From an uncultured Eubacteriales bacterium (GTDB lineage: Bacteria; Acidobacteriota; Aminicenantia; Aminicenantales; Aminicenantaceae), in contig CAYTBG010000001.1 in NCBI GenBank assembly GCA_964435925.1, positions 2,331 through 66,330 on the forward strand: a DNA stretch of 64,000 nt, written 5' to 3'. Within the stretch, counting starts at the first letter, position 1, and each line of letters opens with the position of its first letter. Below the pieces are notes generated by a model that was not told where the DNA came from, did no database searches, and saw only the letters and a list, made by a program, of their open reading frames with translations. This document shows positions 9,752-18,664 of the stretch, piece after piece. The translations under genes were made by a program, and so were the position numbers.

Positions 9752-10399
9752 ATGGCTAAATGCTCTAAATGTAAAAAAAGAAAGGGAAAAAGGTATTGTG
9801 TTGCTTTAGGAGATTATCTGTGCAGCCTTTGCTGTGGTCTCCTCAGGGAAAAAGAAATACACTGCCCTCAAAGCTGTACTTTTCTCAAAAAACACAAACC
9901 TTACCAGGAGCAGCGAATTATTGAAAAGAAGCCAGTATCCTCCCCAAGAGCTTTATCCCCAGAAGAAGATATTTTGAATGATGAGAGGATGGCCTGGCTT
10001 GCTGTTCATATAGAAGCGCCTTTGAAAGAATACTCAGAAAAAAAAGAGTCTTTTACTGACAGAGAAGCCCTTTTGTCTCTGGAATATGCCAGAGAGAAAA
10101 TTGAAAAAGATAAAAGACTTCTCTTTATTCCGGAAGAAAAGAGTAAGCCAAAAAATGAAATCGGAGAAGCGATCTTTCAGAATATAGAGAGATGCCGGTA
10201 TGAGCGAAAGATCATCCTTCCGGGAGAAGTAGCAATCTACAAGAAAGAAGAAAAAATCCAGTGCCTTGAGCGGATTATATTTGGAGTCAAATTCTGGGCA
10301 AAGGAAAACTTCGAAGGCAGAAATTACATCGATCAGGTTATAAAGCGTTTCGCCAGAATAAAAGATCTATCCCGCCAGAAAAAAATCATCACCACCTAA
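9752..10399 (+). CDS. hypothetical protein with Cys-rich N-terminus
   Basis: 215-aa ORF. The N-terminus reads CSKCKKRKGKRYCVALGDYLCSLCCGLLREKEIHCPQSC (9 Cys in 45 aa). I recognise no family. Confidence 0.5.
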   Translation: MAKCSKCKKRKGKRYCVALGDYLCSLCCGLLREKEIHCPQSCTFLKKHKPYQEQRIIEKKPVSSPRALSPEEDILNDERMAWLAVHIEAPLKEYSEKKESFTDREALLSLEYAREKIEKDKRLLFIPEEKSKPKNEIGEAIFQNIERCRYERKIILPGEVAIYKKEEKIQCLERIIFGVKFWAKENFEGRNYIDQVIKRFARIKDLSRQKKIITT

Positions 10400-10416
10400 T
10401 TTTAGGGAGGATAATA

Positions 10417-11235
10417 ATGGAAAAGAAAAAAAGAAGGCCAATAGTGGCTGCAATTTTATCCTCGCTGGCTCCCGGCCTGGGTCAGCTCTATAACGGTCAA
10501 GTTATAAAAGGAATTATCTTCCTTTTATCTCTTATTTTGCTACCAATTATAATGTTCAGAATAGGACTCCATTATAGCTATTACGGATTGGCTATCATTC
10601 TCCTAATTTTTATGTTTTTCCTGTTATTTATTATAGGTGAAGCATTCTTTACGGCCATCAAAAAAAAAGAGTTCATCCTCAAGTCATACAATAAGTGGTA
10701 TATCTATCTCCTCATTATTCTTCTGATCAACAGCATTGTCCTGATCCCTACAAATTTTTTGACGAATAAAGTTTTAGGGTTCAGTGCATACAAAATGCCG
10801 ACAGGAAGCATGGAGCCAACTCTACGCATCGGTGATTATTTAGTCGCAGATCTTAAATATTTCAAGAAAAACGAACTGCAAAGGGGGAACTTAATAATAT
10901 TCAAGTATCCCGAAGATCCCGCTAAAATTTTCATCAAAAGGATTATCGCCCTGGAAGGGGAAAAAATCGAGATCAAGAGCAAACAGGCTTACATAAACGA
11001 TGTTCCCCTCCCGGAAGGCTACAAAGTCCATCTTGATAATAAGGTTTACCCAGGAATAGATAATTTTGGCCCTGTTATTGTGCCTTCTGATCACTGTTTT
11101 GTTCTGGGGGATAACCGTGATAACACTATGGACAGCCGACACTGGGGTTCTTTGCCTCTCAGGAATATAAAAGGAAAACCTCTCTATATCTATTGGGCCA
11201 GGGATATAACCCGAATCGGCATGAAGATAAAATAG
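10417..11235 (+). CDS. lepB: signal peptidase I with an extended multi-TM N-terminus
   Basis: Catalytic Ser box PTGSMEPTL, Lys box FIKRIIALEGE, and GDNRDNTMDSRHWG. It is preceded by about 120 aa of TM segments that include a PGLGQLYNG motif. RBS is ggagg. Confidence 0.85.
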   Translation: MEKKKRRPIVAAILSSLAPGLGQLYNGQVIKGIIFLLSLILLPIIMFRIGLHYSYYGLAIILLIFMFFLLFIIGEAFFTAIKKKEFILKSYNKWYIYLLIILLINSIVLIPTNFLTNKVLGFSAYKMPTGSMEPTLRIGDYLVADLKYFKKNELQRGNLIIFKYPEDPAKIFIKRIIALEGEKIEIKSKQAYINDVPLPEGYKVHLDNKVYPGIDNFGPVIVPSDHCFVLGDNRDNTMDSRHWGSLPLRNIKGKPLYIYWARDITRIGMKIK

Positions 11236-11254
11236 GAATAAGAAGATAAAATTT

Positions 11255-12277
11255 TTATCCCTTGCTCATAAGCTCCCCGACAAAGCTAAGCGGAGGGATG
11301 TTGTCGCAGACGATTTTTATAGTTGCAGCAGTGGGAACAGCTAGGATCATGCCCGCAATTCCCCACATCCAACCCCAGAAAAAAAGGAAAAAAAGAACAA
11401 CAAGAGTACTCAACCCCAATCCTTGTCCCATCACCCTTGGCTCAATAAAGTTTCCTATGATCATCTGGATTGAACCCAGAATGATCAAAATCCAAAAAGC
11501 CGGCCAGAGCGTTTCGAATTGAAAAGCTGCGACGGTTAAAGGCAGAGCAGTGGCTATTATGGATCCAATATTAGGAACGTAATTCAGGATAAATGTAAAA
11601 AAACCAAAAACTATGGCAAAATCGACACCAAAAATCATCAGGACAACTGTCGCCAGAACACCTGTGACAAAGCTAACTATTGTTTTTATTGCCAAGTACT
11701 TCTGGATTTGATTATCGATCTTCTGAATAACATTGATAATCTGCGAGGATTTCTCTTTATTAAATGATTTTTCAATTTTTACTTTTATATTTCCCCGGCC
11801 TGCTAAAATAAAAATTAGAAAAATAAAAACTAGAAAAAGAAGGGCAATAAAAGAGAAAAAGGGACCGAGAGATGAAAGAAGAAAACCTCCTATTCTGTTC
11901 ATATCAAGTTGTTCAACCCAACCCACGTTTTCCCATTTAGGAAAGGTGAGCTTTAGTTGCTCTTGGATCGAAGCTAAAATCGAGCTTATTTTCTGACCGT
12001 ATTTTGGAAACTCAGAAGCAAAACTTTTGCCGCTCGAATAAAAAAGAAGCCCCAAGAGGTAGATAATAAAAAAACTGAATATTATGATAAATAAAATAGA
12101 AACAGCTCTAGGAATTTTCTTGCGAGTCAAGAAATCCAGGATCGGAGAGAGGATAAAGGAAAGAAACATAGCTAAAAAAAAGGGAAAAAGAACAGGCTTT
12201 GCCTGTTGTAAAACAACCCCCGCGGCAAAAACAACAAGAATTATAAGAGCGGCAGCGACAACTTTATTCCCTTGCAT
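11255..12277 (-). CDS. AI-2E family transporter (PerM-like permease)
   Basis: 340-aa polytopic protein with the AI-2E-like C-terminal pattern (NYVPNIGSIIA...IGNFIEPRVMG...WGWMWGIAGMILAVP). Confidence 0.75.
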   Translation of the reverse strand: MQGNKVVAAALIILVVFAAGVVLQQAKPVLFPFFLAMFLSFILSPILDFLTRKKIPRAVSILFIIIFSFFIIYLLGLLFYSSGKSFASEFPKYGQKISSILASIQEQLKLTFPKWENVGWVEQLDMNRIGGFLLSSLGPFFSFIALLFLVFIFLIFILAGRGNIKVKIEKSFNKEKSSQIINVIQKIDNQIQKYLAIKTIVSFVTGVLATVVLMIFGVDFAIVFGFFTFILNYVPNIGSIIATALPLTVAAFQFETLWPAFWILIILGSIQMIIGNFIEPRVMGQGLGLSTLVVLFFLFFWGWMWGIAGMILAVPTAATIKIVCDNIPPLSFVGELMSKG

Positions 12278-12344
12278 TGGCCCTTCTTAAATTCTTTGCT
12301 CATTATAATCTATTTAGAATTAAAATCAAAATTAAAAAAAGCAG

Positions 12345-12429
12345 AAAAGGGGACAGGCTACTTTTCTGTATGAGCTGTCCCTGAGCATAATTAGTCCCCC
12401 TTCTTCCAGAAAAAGTAGCCTGTCCCCTT
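12345..12429 (-). terminator. long hairpin formed by a 20-bp perfect inverted repeat; possible terminator of the 12500-13432 gene
   Basis: aaaggggacaggctactttt (12345-12364) is the exact reverse complement of aaaagtagcctgtccccttt (12410-12429), with a 45-nt loop. On the minus strand the hairpin is followed by ttctgcttttttt. Confidence 0.45.
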
Positions 12430-12499
12430 TCTTATCAATTTGCTCCCTTTTTAAATTACAAACACGCAAATTCAGGATGTAATCAGACTAATAAAAAAG

Positions 12500-13432
12500 T
12501 TATTTTTTTAAAGACTCGATCAACATCCCAAAATACTTATCCCCTACTTCTAGAGATTCGTCCTTTATTTTCATTACCCCGCAGAGGTAATTCTCAACTC
12601 TGGCCAGGTAAATGTTGTGGTAGTAACGGTCTTTGATGCAAAACCCTGCGGAGATTTCCTCGACGCTCTGCTTGCCTTTTTTTCCCAGATATTTCTTTAG
12701 CATATTCCGGGCATCGTCTGCATTTTCTCCCTCTATTAAAAAACAATCAAACTCAAGGTCCTCAAGTTTATAATTAGCCAGATAACCACTGTGGAGAAAA
12801 CTGTAGCCCATAAAATTGCGCAAGATAAACTTTTCACTGTTTCGAACGAGCCCTTGCTGAGGGAAAAAGGCTAGGGCAGGCGGGAGAGTTCCTTTATCTT
12901 TGACTCTCTTCACAACTTCCTGAGAAAAGAGCTTCAGGAAGTCAGCAGAATCTTCCCCGCTGTCAAAACAGAGAAGCTTTACATAATATTTCCCGACGAT
13001 AAAATTCAGAGTTTCTTCTTCTAGATATCCTTGGTTACCTAAGGAGATAAATTGGCTATCAGGAAATCGCTCCGCACTGTAAATCCCGAATGAATTTATT
13101 TCGTTTCCCATATCATAAATTTCTATAATAAGAGAGGCGTTACTATCTCCTTTTTCATACTGCCCTATGGTCAATTCTTTAAAATCATAGGAAAGGTAGA
13201 TCTCAGCAGCACCATTGATATACTCGAAAAGTATTTCCGGAAAATAATCCTGGGGAGCTTCAGGAATCTTCCAAGCAACAACGTCAGGTAAGAGGAAATG
13301 GAGCGAAGAAACATTCCCCTCTTCTAATAGAGCTCCTTTCGCATTTAAAAAAGAAAAAAACAGAACAAAAGGAAGGAAGAGTTTTAATAATTCTTTGGGC
13401 TTCGAAATTCTCATCATTATTACTCCATACAT
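12500..13432 (-). CDS. hypothetical secreted protein
   Basis: Signal-peptide-like N-terminus (LLKLFLPFVLFFSFLNAKG). No catalytic motif recognised. The start could be the internal Met at 13414. Confidence 0.6.
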   Translation of the reverse strand: MYGVIMMRISKPKELLKLFLPFVLFFSFLNAKGALLEEGNVSSLHFLLPDVVAWKIPEAPQDYFPEILFEYINGAAEIYLSYDFKELTIGQYEKGDSNASLIIEIYDMGNEINSFGIYSAERFPDSQFISLGNQGYLEEETLNFIVGKYYVKLLCFDSGEDSADFLKLFSQEVVKRVKDKGTLPPALAFFPQQGLVRNSEKFILRNFMGYSFLHSGYLANYKLEDLEFDCFLIEGENADDARNMLKKYLGKKGKQSVEEISAGFCIKDRYYHNIYLARVENYLCGVMKIKDESLEVGDKYFGMLIESLKK

Positions 13433-13649
13433 TAAACGAGGCTTTTTTCACTATAAGCTCAAATCCCTTTTTTGACAAGTCAAAATTAACTCCAGTAAGC
13501 ATCTCCATTTATGTGATAACTGGTTGCAATGTTCAGGACAAAGGTTTTGGGAATAAGATATTTCCCAAAACCTTCTCCAATCACAGATTTGGAGATGCTT
13601 CCTCAACCCCATTGACATCAAATTGAAAGAGGAGTACTTTTTAATTGCC

Positions 13650-14543
13650 ATGGCATCAAAAGTCGTTCTAATCAGAGGAAAGGGAGTCCTGAAAGAAGGG
13701 GGAAATATAGATCGAAAAAAGCTACTTAACATGTATAATCGGGGAATTAAAATCTTGATGGATAAGCAAAATCCAAAAGATGGCCTTCGTCTAATCTTCC
13801 AAAGCTCCGACAGAGTCGGGATAAAAATAAACACCATCGGCGGAAGAAAGCTTTCTTCCCGCCCTGAAGTTTCCTTCTTATTAGCCAAATTGCTTCAAGA
13901 AAGCGGAATCCAGCCTAAAAACATAATCATCTGGGACCGAACTAACAGGGAACTGAGGGAAGCAGGATACAGTCTGAACCTCAACGGCAGCGGCATCAAG
14001 GTTTTTGGAACAGATACCCAAGGAATCGGCTATGATTCTCAACTCACTTCTCATCTCAATATCGGCAGTCTTTTCTCTTCGATTCAATCGAATAAGATCA
14101 CAGCCTCCATAAGCCTTGCCATTTTAAAGGACCACGGCATGGCAGGAGTCACGGCGGGAATGAAAAACTATTTCGGAGCCATCCATAATCCCAATAAATA
14201 CCATGATTTTAACTGCAATCCCTTTGTAGCTGAGCTTTTTGAGACAAAACATATAAAAAGAAAGCACAAACTCACCATCCTGGACAGCCTGATTGTTCAA
14301 TATCATCGTGGACCTTCCTACCATGCCCCATGGGCAGAAAAATACGAGGCTCTTATTTTCAGCCTGGATCCTTTGGCAGCAGACTATGTCGGCTGGCAAG
14401 TCATTGAAAAGCTCAGAGCCAAGAAGGGACTTCCCTCTTTAAAAGAAGAAAAAAGAGCCCCTGTTTATCTTAAAACTGCTGAAAAAATGGGATTGGGAAA
14501 AGCAAGTCCGGAAGAGATACAAATTATAGAAGAGGAAGTATGA
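13650..14543 (+). CDS. DUF362 domain-containing protein
   Basis: The RVGIKINTIGG...DRTNREL...NYFGAIHNPNKYH pattern is typical of DUF362. ATG 13650 (MASKVVLIRGKG) is preferred over TTG 13623. There is a 4-nt overlap with the next gene. Confidence 0.65.
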   Translation: MASKVVLIRGKGVLKEGGNIDRKKLLNMYNRGIKILMDKQNPKDGLRLIFQSSDRVGIKINTIGGRKLSSRPEVSFLLAKLLQESGIQPKNIIIWDRTNRELREAGYSLNLNGSGIKVFGTDTQGIGYDSQLTSHLNIGSLFSSIQSNKITASISLAILKDHGMAGVTAGMKNYFGAIHNPNKYHDFNCNPFVAELFETKHIKRKHKLTILDSLIVQYHRGPSYHAPWAEKYEALIFSLDPLAADYVGWQVIEKLRAKKGLPSLKEEKRAPVYLKTAEKMGLGKASPEEIQIIEEEV

Positions 14544-15682
14544 AAAGAAGACAATTCTTCAAAACAGCAGGGGGAACCACCCTTCTAGCAAGTACGGGTT
14601 TGATGAATAGAACCTCTACATTTCCGGCACTCCTCATGGATCTCTATGCTCTTGGTGGGGAAGCAAACCTTTCAAAGGTTGAAGCGCGCTACTATAAAAA
14701 ACACCCTGACAGGGAAGTAGAATGTACTCTTTGCCCTCGCTTCTGTAAATTGGGGGATAAAGAAAGAGGCTACTGCGGAGTTAGAGAAAATATAGGAGGC
14801 ACTTACTACACGTTAGTTTACGGCAAGGCCTGCTCTATCGCAGTTGATCCCATAGAAAAAAAACCTCTCTTTCACTATCTACCCAAAAGCTCTGCTCTGT
14901 CTATCGCTACTGCGGGCTGCAATGTGAACTGCAAATTCTGCCAGAACTGGGAGATATCCCAGGTCAGACCGGAACAGGTCCAAAACTATGACTTCCCTCC
15001 CCGGGCAGTCGTGGAAGCTGCCCAGAAGTACCACTGTGCTGTAATCGCCTATACGTACACAGAACCTGTTATCTTCTATGAATACATGTACGACACGTCT
15101 TTAGAAGCCCGGAAAAAAGGAGTCAGGAACGTTGTCATCACTGGAGGACATATAAACCCTGAACCTATGGAGGATCTGACAAAAGTTGTGGATGCAATAA
15201 AGATCGATCTTAAAGCTTTCTCCCAGGACTTTTACACAAATTATGTGAGAGGAGAGCTCCAGCCAGTCCTTGAAGCCATAAAGATCGTGCATAAAAGCTC
15301 TACCTGGTTGGAACTCGTTTATCTTGTCATCCCTACCCTAAACGATAGTTCGGATGAAATCCGCAAGATGTGCCAGTGGATTATGAAAGAAATCGGTCCT
15401 GATGTACCTCTCCATTTTTCCCGCTTTGTTCCTATGTATCTTGTGAAAAACCTTCCTCCAACTCCTGTATCCACCCTGGAAAAAGTTCGAAAAATCGCTC
15501 TCGAAGAGGGGATTCATTACGTTTACATAGGAAATGTCCCCGGTCATTCAGCAGAAAGCACGTATTGTCCCCAATGTAAAGAAATTGTTATTGAGCGGAA
15601 AGGCTATAGTATAAGTAAAATTGCGCTCAAAGGAGGCAGATGCAAATATTGTGATAATCCCATTCCAGGGATCTGGATTTGA
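14540..15682 (+). CDS. radical SAM enzyme of the AmmeMemoRadiSam (AmrS)/PflA-like type, with an N-terminal twin-arginine signal-like sequence
   Basis: CNVNCKFCQNW (CxxxCxxC), upstream CTLCPRFCKLGDKERGYCGVR, AYTYTEPVIFYEY, and a C-terminal CPQC...CKYC. The N-terminus MKRRQFFKTAGGTTLLAS matches the Tat consensus (RRxFFK). Confidence 0.8.
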   Translation: MKRRQFFKTAGGTTLLASTGLMNRTSTFPALLMDLYALGGEANLSKVEARYYKKHPDREVECTLCPRFCKLGDKERGYCGVRENIGGTYYTLVYGKACSIAVDPIEKKPLFHYLPKSSALSIATAGCNVNCKFCQNWEISQVRPEQVQNYDFPPRAVVEAAQKYHCAVIAYTYTEPVIFYEYMYDTSLEARKKGVRNVVITGGHINPEPMEDLTKVVDAIKIDLKAFSQDFYTNYVRGELQPVLEAIKIVHKSSTWLELVYLVIPTLNDSSDEIRKMCQWIMKEIGPDVPLHFSRFVPMYLVKNLPPTPVSTLEKVRKIALEEGIHYVYIGNVPGHSAESTYCPQCKEIVIERKGYSISKIALKGGRCKYCDNPIPGIWI

Positions 15683-17814
15683 TTACTTTTCTCCCGCCTT
15701 TTCTTCTGGGTTTCCTTGCTCTCTCCTTCCAAATTTTTTTGTTGAGAGAATTCTCTGTTCATTTCTACGGAAACGAGATCACTTTTGGTTTCATTCTTGC
15801 TTCCTGGCTTTTGTGGGGTGGGCTGGGAAGTATTTCTGCCTCGAAACTGAAATTTCATCCCCACAGGTTTCCCCAAGCTTATTATGCTGTTATACTTTTT
15901 CTCCCTCTCTGTCTCGTAGTCCTCAGGTTTTCCCGGTTCGTCCTGAGAGTGCTTCCCGGGGAGATCACGGGAATAATCCCGATGTTGTTCTATTCTCTTG
16001 TACTTACTTTTTTTATAAGTTTCCCTCTGGGAATTCTTTTTGTCTTCAATGCTCATTTCCAGAAGGGGGATCTTTATCGCGTTTATTTGTTGGAGTCTCT
16101 GGGTTCTTCTGTAGCAGGATTAATTGTCTATCTTTTTCTAATTCCGGCTTTCTCCAACTGGCAGGGAGCTGCGATTGTTGGAGCATCTGTTTCTCTCTTG
16201 ATTTTCTTTTCCTTTGGCAAAAAAAAACAAGTTATTCTCCCTCTTTCCATTCTCATTTTCCTGGCGGCTTTCATCATCTTTGACATCCCCAGCCAGAAAA
16301 TTTACTGGAAGCCCTTTTCTCTTATAAAAAGCAAAGATACACCCTACGGCAAACTCCAGATTCTGAAAACCGAGGAGCAGATTTCCCTGTATAACAACAA
16401 CCTTCATGATTATTCCTACCCTAATCTAGCTGCTTCTGAGGAATCTGTCCATTTTGCTCTTCTCCAGAATCCCAGGGCGAAAAATGTTCTGATGGTGGGC
16501 GGAGGAGCTGGTGGAGGCTTGAGCCAGATTCTTAAATATTCTCAGGTCGAGGTGGACTATGTCGAGCTCGACCCTGAAATTATTCGACTCTCCCTCCAAT
16601 TTCTACCCGAAAAAGAGAAGAGTGTCTTAAGGCATAAAAGGATCCATATATTCTATCAGGATGGAAGAGCCTTCCTCACCGAAACTCAGAAAAAATACGA
16701 TATGATAATCCTCAACCTGCCTGAACCGGCTACAGCCCAAATCAATCGTTTTTATACCAAAGAATTCTTCTATGAAGCGAGAGAAAAGTTGACTGAGAAA
16801 GGTGTGTTTTCTTTTCGAGTCCACTCGGCAGAAAATTATATAAGCCTTGAGCTTCAAAGCTTCCTCTCCTCCCTGTATTTCACCCTCAAGGAAGCATTCT
16901 CTTTCGTAGAAGTTGTACCTGGAGATACAAACATATTCCTGGCTTCGTCTCAGCCTCTATCCATAGAATTCGAGGAACTCAGCCAGAAAATAGAGGACCT
17001 AAACCTCCAGAATTCCTATGTAAGCCCCGAGCTCCTGTTTTCTCGTCTCAGCCCACTCAGGATAGAATTTATAAAAGAGAAAGTATCTTCGGGTAAGCAA
17101 ACAATAAACCAGGACTTCTCCCCAATAAGCTATTTCTATAACTCTGTGCTCTGGAGTACTCAGTTTAAAGGATTGGAGAGGAAAATATTTTCTTTTTTCT
17201 CCGAGGTTCATTTCTTCTGGCTCTTGGATTTTCCTCTAATTCTTTTTATCTCTCTGCTGATTATCCTCTGGTTGAGACGGAAAAAATCAACTTTTCCCCT
17301 CGTTCCTCTGGCTGTTATGGGTTTCACCACCCTAGTCGTTGAGATCATCGTTATCATCTCCTTCCAAACTATGTATGGATACGTTTATCGCCGGATTGCG
17401 CTGCTTCTCACCTGCTTTATGATGGGCCTTTTTTTTGGCTCTTTCAGGGGCAAGAAGAGAAAAAGAATTTATTTCGCTCAGTTACTTTTCATCCAATTTG
17501 GCATTCTTCTCCTTGTCCTCCTTCTCCATCTTTCTTTGAAGATACATCCCCCCGAGCTTTTTTTCTTTATTTATCTTCTTCTCCTTGGCTTTTTGGGAGG
17601 AGATATGTTTGTCGTTTCCAACAATCTCTTTTTAAGAGAGAAAAAGAACTACGGCCTGGGCTATGGCTTAGACTTGCTGGGTTCTTTCTTTGGAGCACTT
17701 GTCGCCTCTTCTTTCCTTATCCCTTTAATCGGGCTTCCTCTTCTTCTTAAATATCTCTTCCTCCTTAATTCATTCTGCATTCTCTTTCTCTTCGGAGGAC
17801 TGAAAAGAAATTAA
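15679..17814 (+). CDS. polytopic membrane protein with a central spermidine-synthase-like (class I SAM-dependent transferase) domain
   Basis: About 7 N-terminal and about 6 C-terminal TM helices flank VLMVGGGAGGGLSQIL...VDYVELDPEII...DMIILNLPEP. The TTG start overlaps the upstream stop (TTGA). Confidence 0.75.
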   Translation: MITFLPPFLLGFLALSFQIFLLREFSVHFYGNEITFGFILASWLLWGGLGSISASKLKFHPHRFPQAYYAVILFLPLCLVVLRFSRFVLRVLPGEITGIIPMLFYSLVLTFFISFPLGILFVFNAHFQKGDLYRVYLLESLGSSVAGLIVYLFLIPAFSNWQGAAIVGASVSLLIFFSFGKKKQVILPLSILIFLAAFIIFDIPSQKIYWKPFSLIKSKDTPYGKLQILKTEEQISLYNNNLHDYSYPNLAASEESVHFALLQNPRAKNVLMVGGGAGGGLSQILKYSQVEVDYVELDPEIIRLSLQFLPEKEKSVLRHKRIHIFYQDGRAFLTETQKKYDMIILNLPEPATAQINRFYTKEFFYEAREKLTEKGVFSFRVHSAENYISLELQSFLSSLYFTLKEAFSFVEVVPGDTNIFLASSQPLSIEFEELSQKIEDLNLQNSYVSPELLFSRLSPLRIEFIKEKVSSGKQTINQDFSPISYFYNSVLWSTQFKGLERKIFSFFSEVHFFWLLDFPLILFISLLIILWLRRKKSTFPLVPLAVMGFTTLVVEIIVIISFQTMYGYVYRRIALLLTCFMMGLFFGSFRGKKRKRIYFAQLLFIQFGILLLVLLLHLSLKIHPPELFFFIYLLLLGFLGGDMFVVSNNLFLREKKNYGLGYGLDLLGSFFGALVASSFLIPLIGLPLLLKYLFLLNSFCILFLFGGLKRN

Positions 17815-18096
17815 ATTTAGGCCAAATATTTATGCTGTTAATAGAAAAAATAAAAATGGGGACTGTCTCCGTTTTCGAAAAGAGAAAAGTGGCAGGATTT
17901 GTAATAAAAAAAGAACGCTTCACAAAATGGACCTCTCCCCTTTTTTGCTCTTTTTATTGTCCCCTTATAAAAAAAAAGGCCTGTCCCCTTTTTTGAAAAG
18001 ATTCTGAGTTTTTATAAAATTTTTGCCTCTATAACTAAAAATTGCCTAAAAAGATGGGAAAAGTGGCAGGATTTGTGCCGAAATAACATAATTTTC

Positions 18097-18125
18097 TTGA
18101 CAGAATTCACGAATTATGTTGTACT
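18097..18125 (+). promoter_or_regulatory. weak candidate promoter for hdrC (TTGACA -35 only)
   Basis: TTGACA at 18097-18102. The best -10 candidates 17-19 nt downstream (tgtact / tactaa) are poor matches. Confidence 0.25.
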
Positions 18126-18203
18126 AAGAATTAATTCATTTCTATACTTATCCTATATTACCTATAGGAAATTGCGTTCTATAATATAAATGAGTAAACT
18201 CTG

Positions 18204-18611
18204 ATGAGAATCAACATCTCCAGAAAAAAAATCAAAGATCCCTTTGTGACCAAGGTGGAAGAACTAAGCGGCCAGAATCTTCTTGCCTGTTATCAATGCG
18301 GCAAGTGCTCTGCGGGCTGTCCTGCTATCTCTGAAATGGACATCCTTCCCAATCAAATAATCCGTTATGCCCAGCTTGGCATGAAGGATGAGCTTTTGAA
18401 GTCAAAGTCCATCTGGATTTGCGCTTCCTGCTTTACCTGCAACGCTCGCTGTCCTAAAGGAATAAACATTGCAGAAGTTATCGAAGCCTTAAGGCAAATA
18501 TTGCTGCGCAAAAGAGAAGATCACCTCAAGGTTGAAAAGCTTTCAGATGCAGAAAAGGCAGGTGTCCCTCCCATTGCCATCATAAGCAGCATGAGGAAAT
18601 TTACCTCATAA
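18204..18611 (+). CDS. hdrC: heterodisulfide reductase subunit C-like (2x[4Fe-4S])
   Basis: CYQCGKCSAGCP and CASCFTCNARCPKGI. The size (135 aa) and position next to hdrB fit. Confidence 0.8.
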   Translation: MRINISRKKIKDPFVTKVEELSGQNLLACYQCGKCSAGCPAISEMDILPNQIIRYAQLGMKDELLKSKSIWICASCFTCNARCPKGINIAEVIEALRQILLRKREDHLKVEKLSDAEKAGVPPIAIISSMRKFTS

Positions 18612-18664
18612 ATTTTGAATTATGATATATAATTTTTTTTATCAAAATAGCATAAGGAATCATA

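Noticed and set aside
18073-18092. Rex-type operator (TTGTGccgaaataaCAtAA), and a TTCACAA half-site at about 17917, in the hdrC leader.
   Set aside because: The second half-site matches poorly at either N4 or N6 spacing, and the isolated half-site has no partner.
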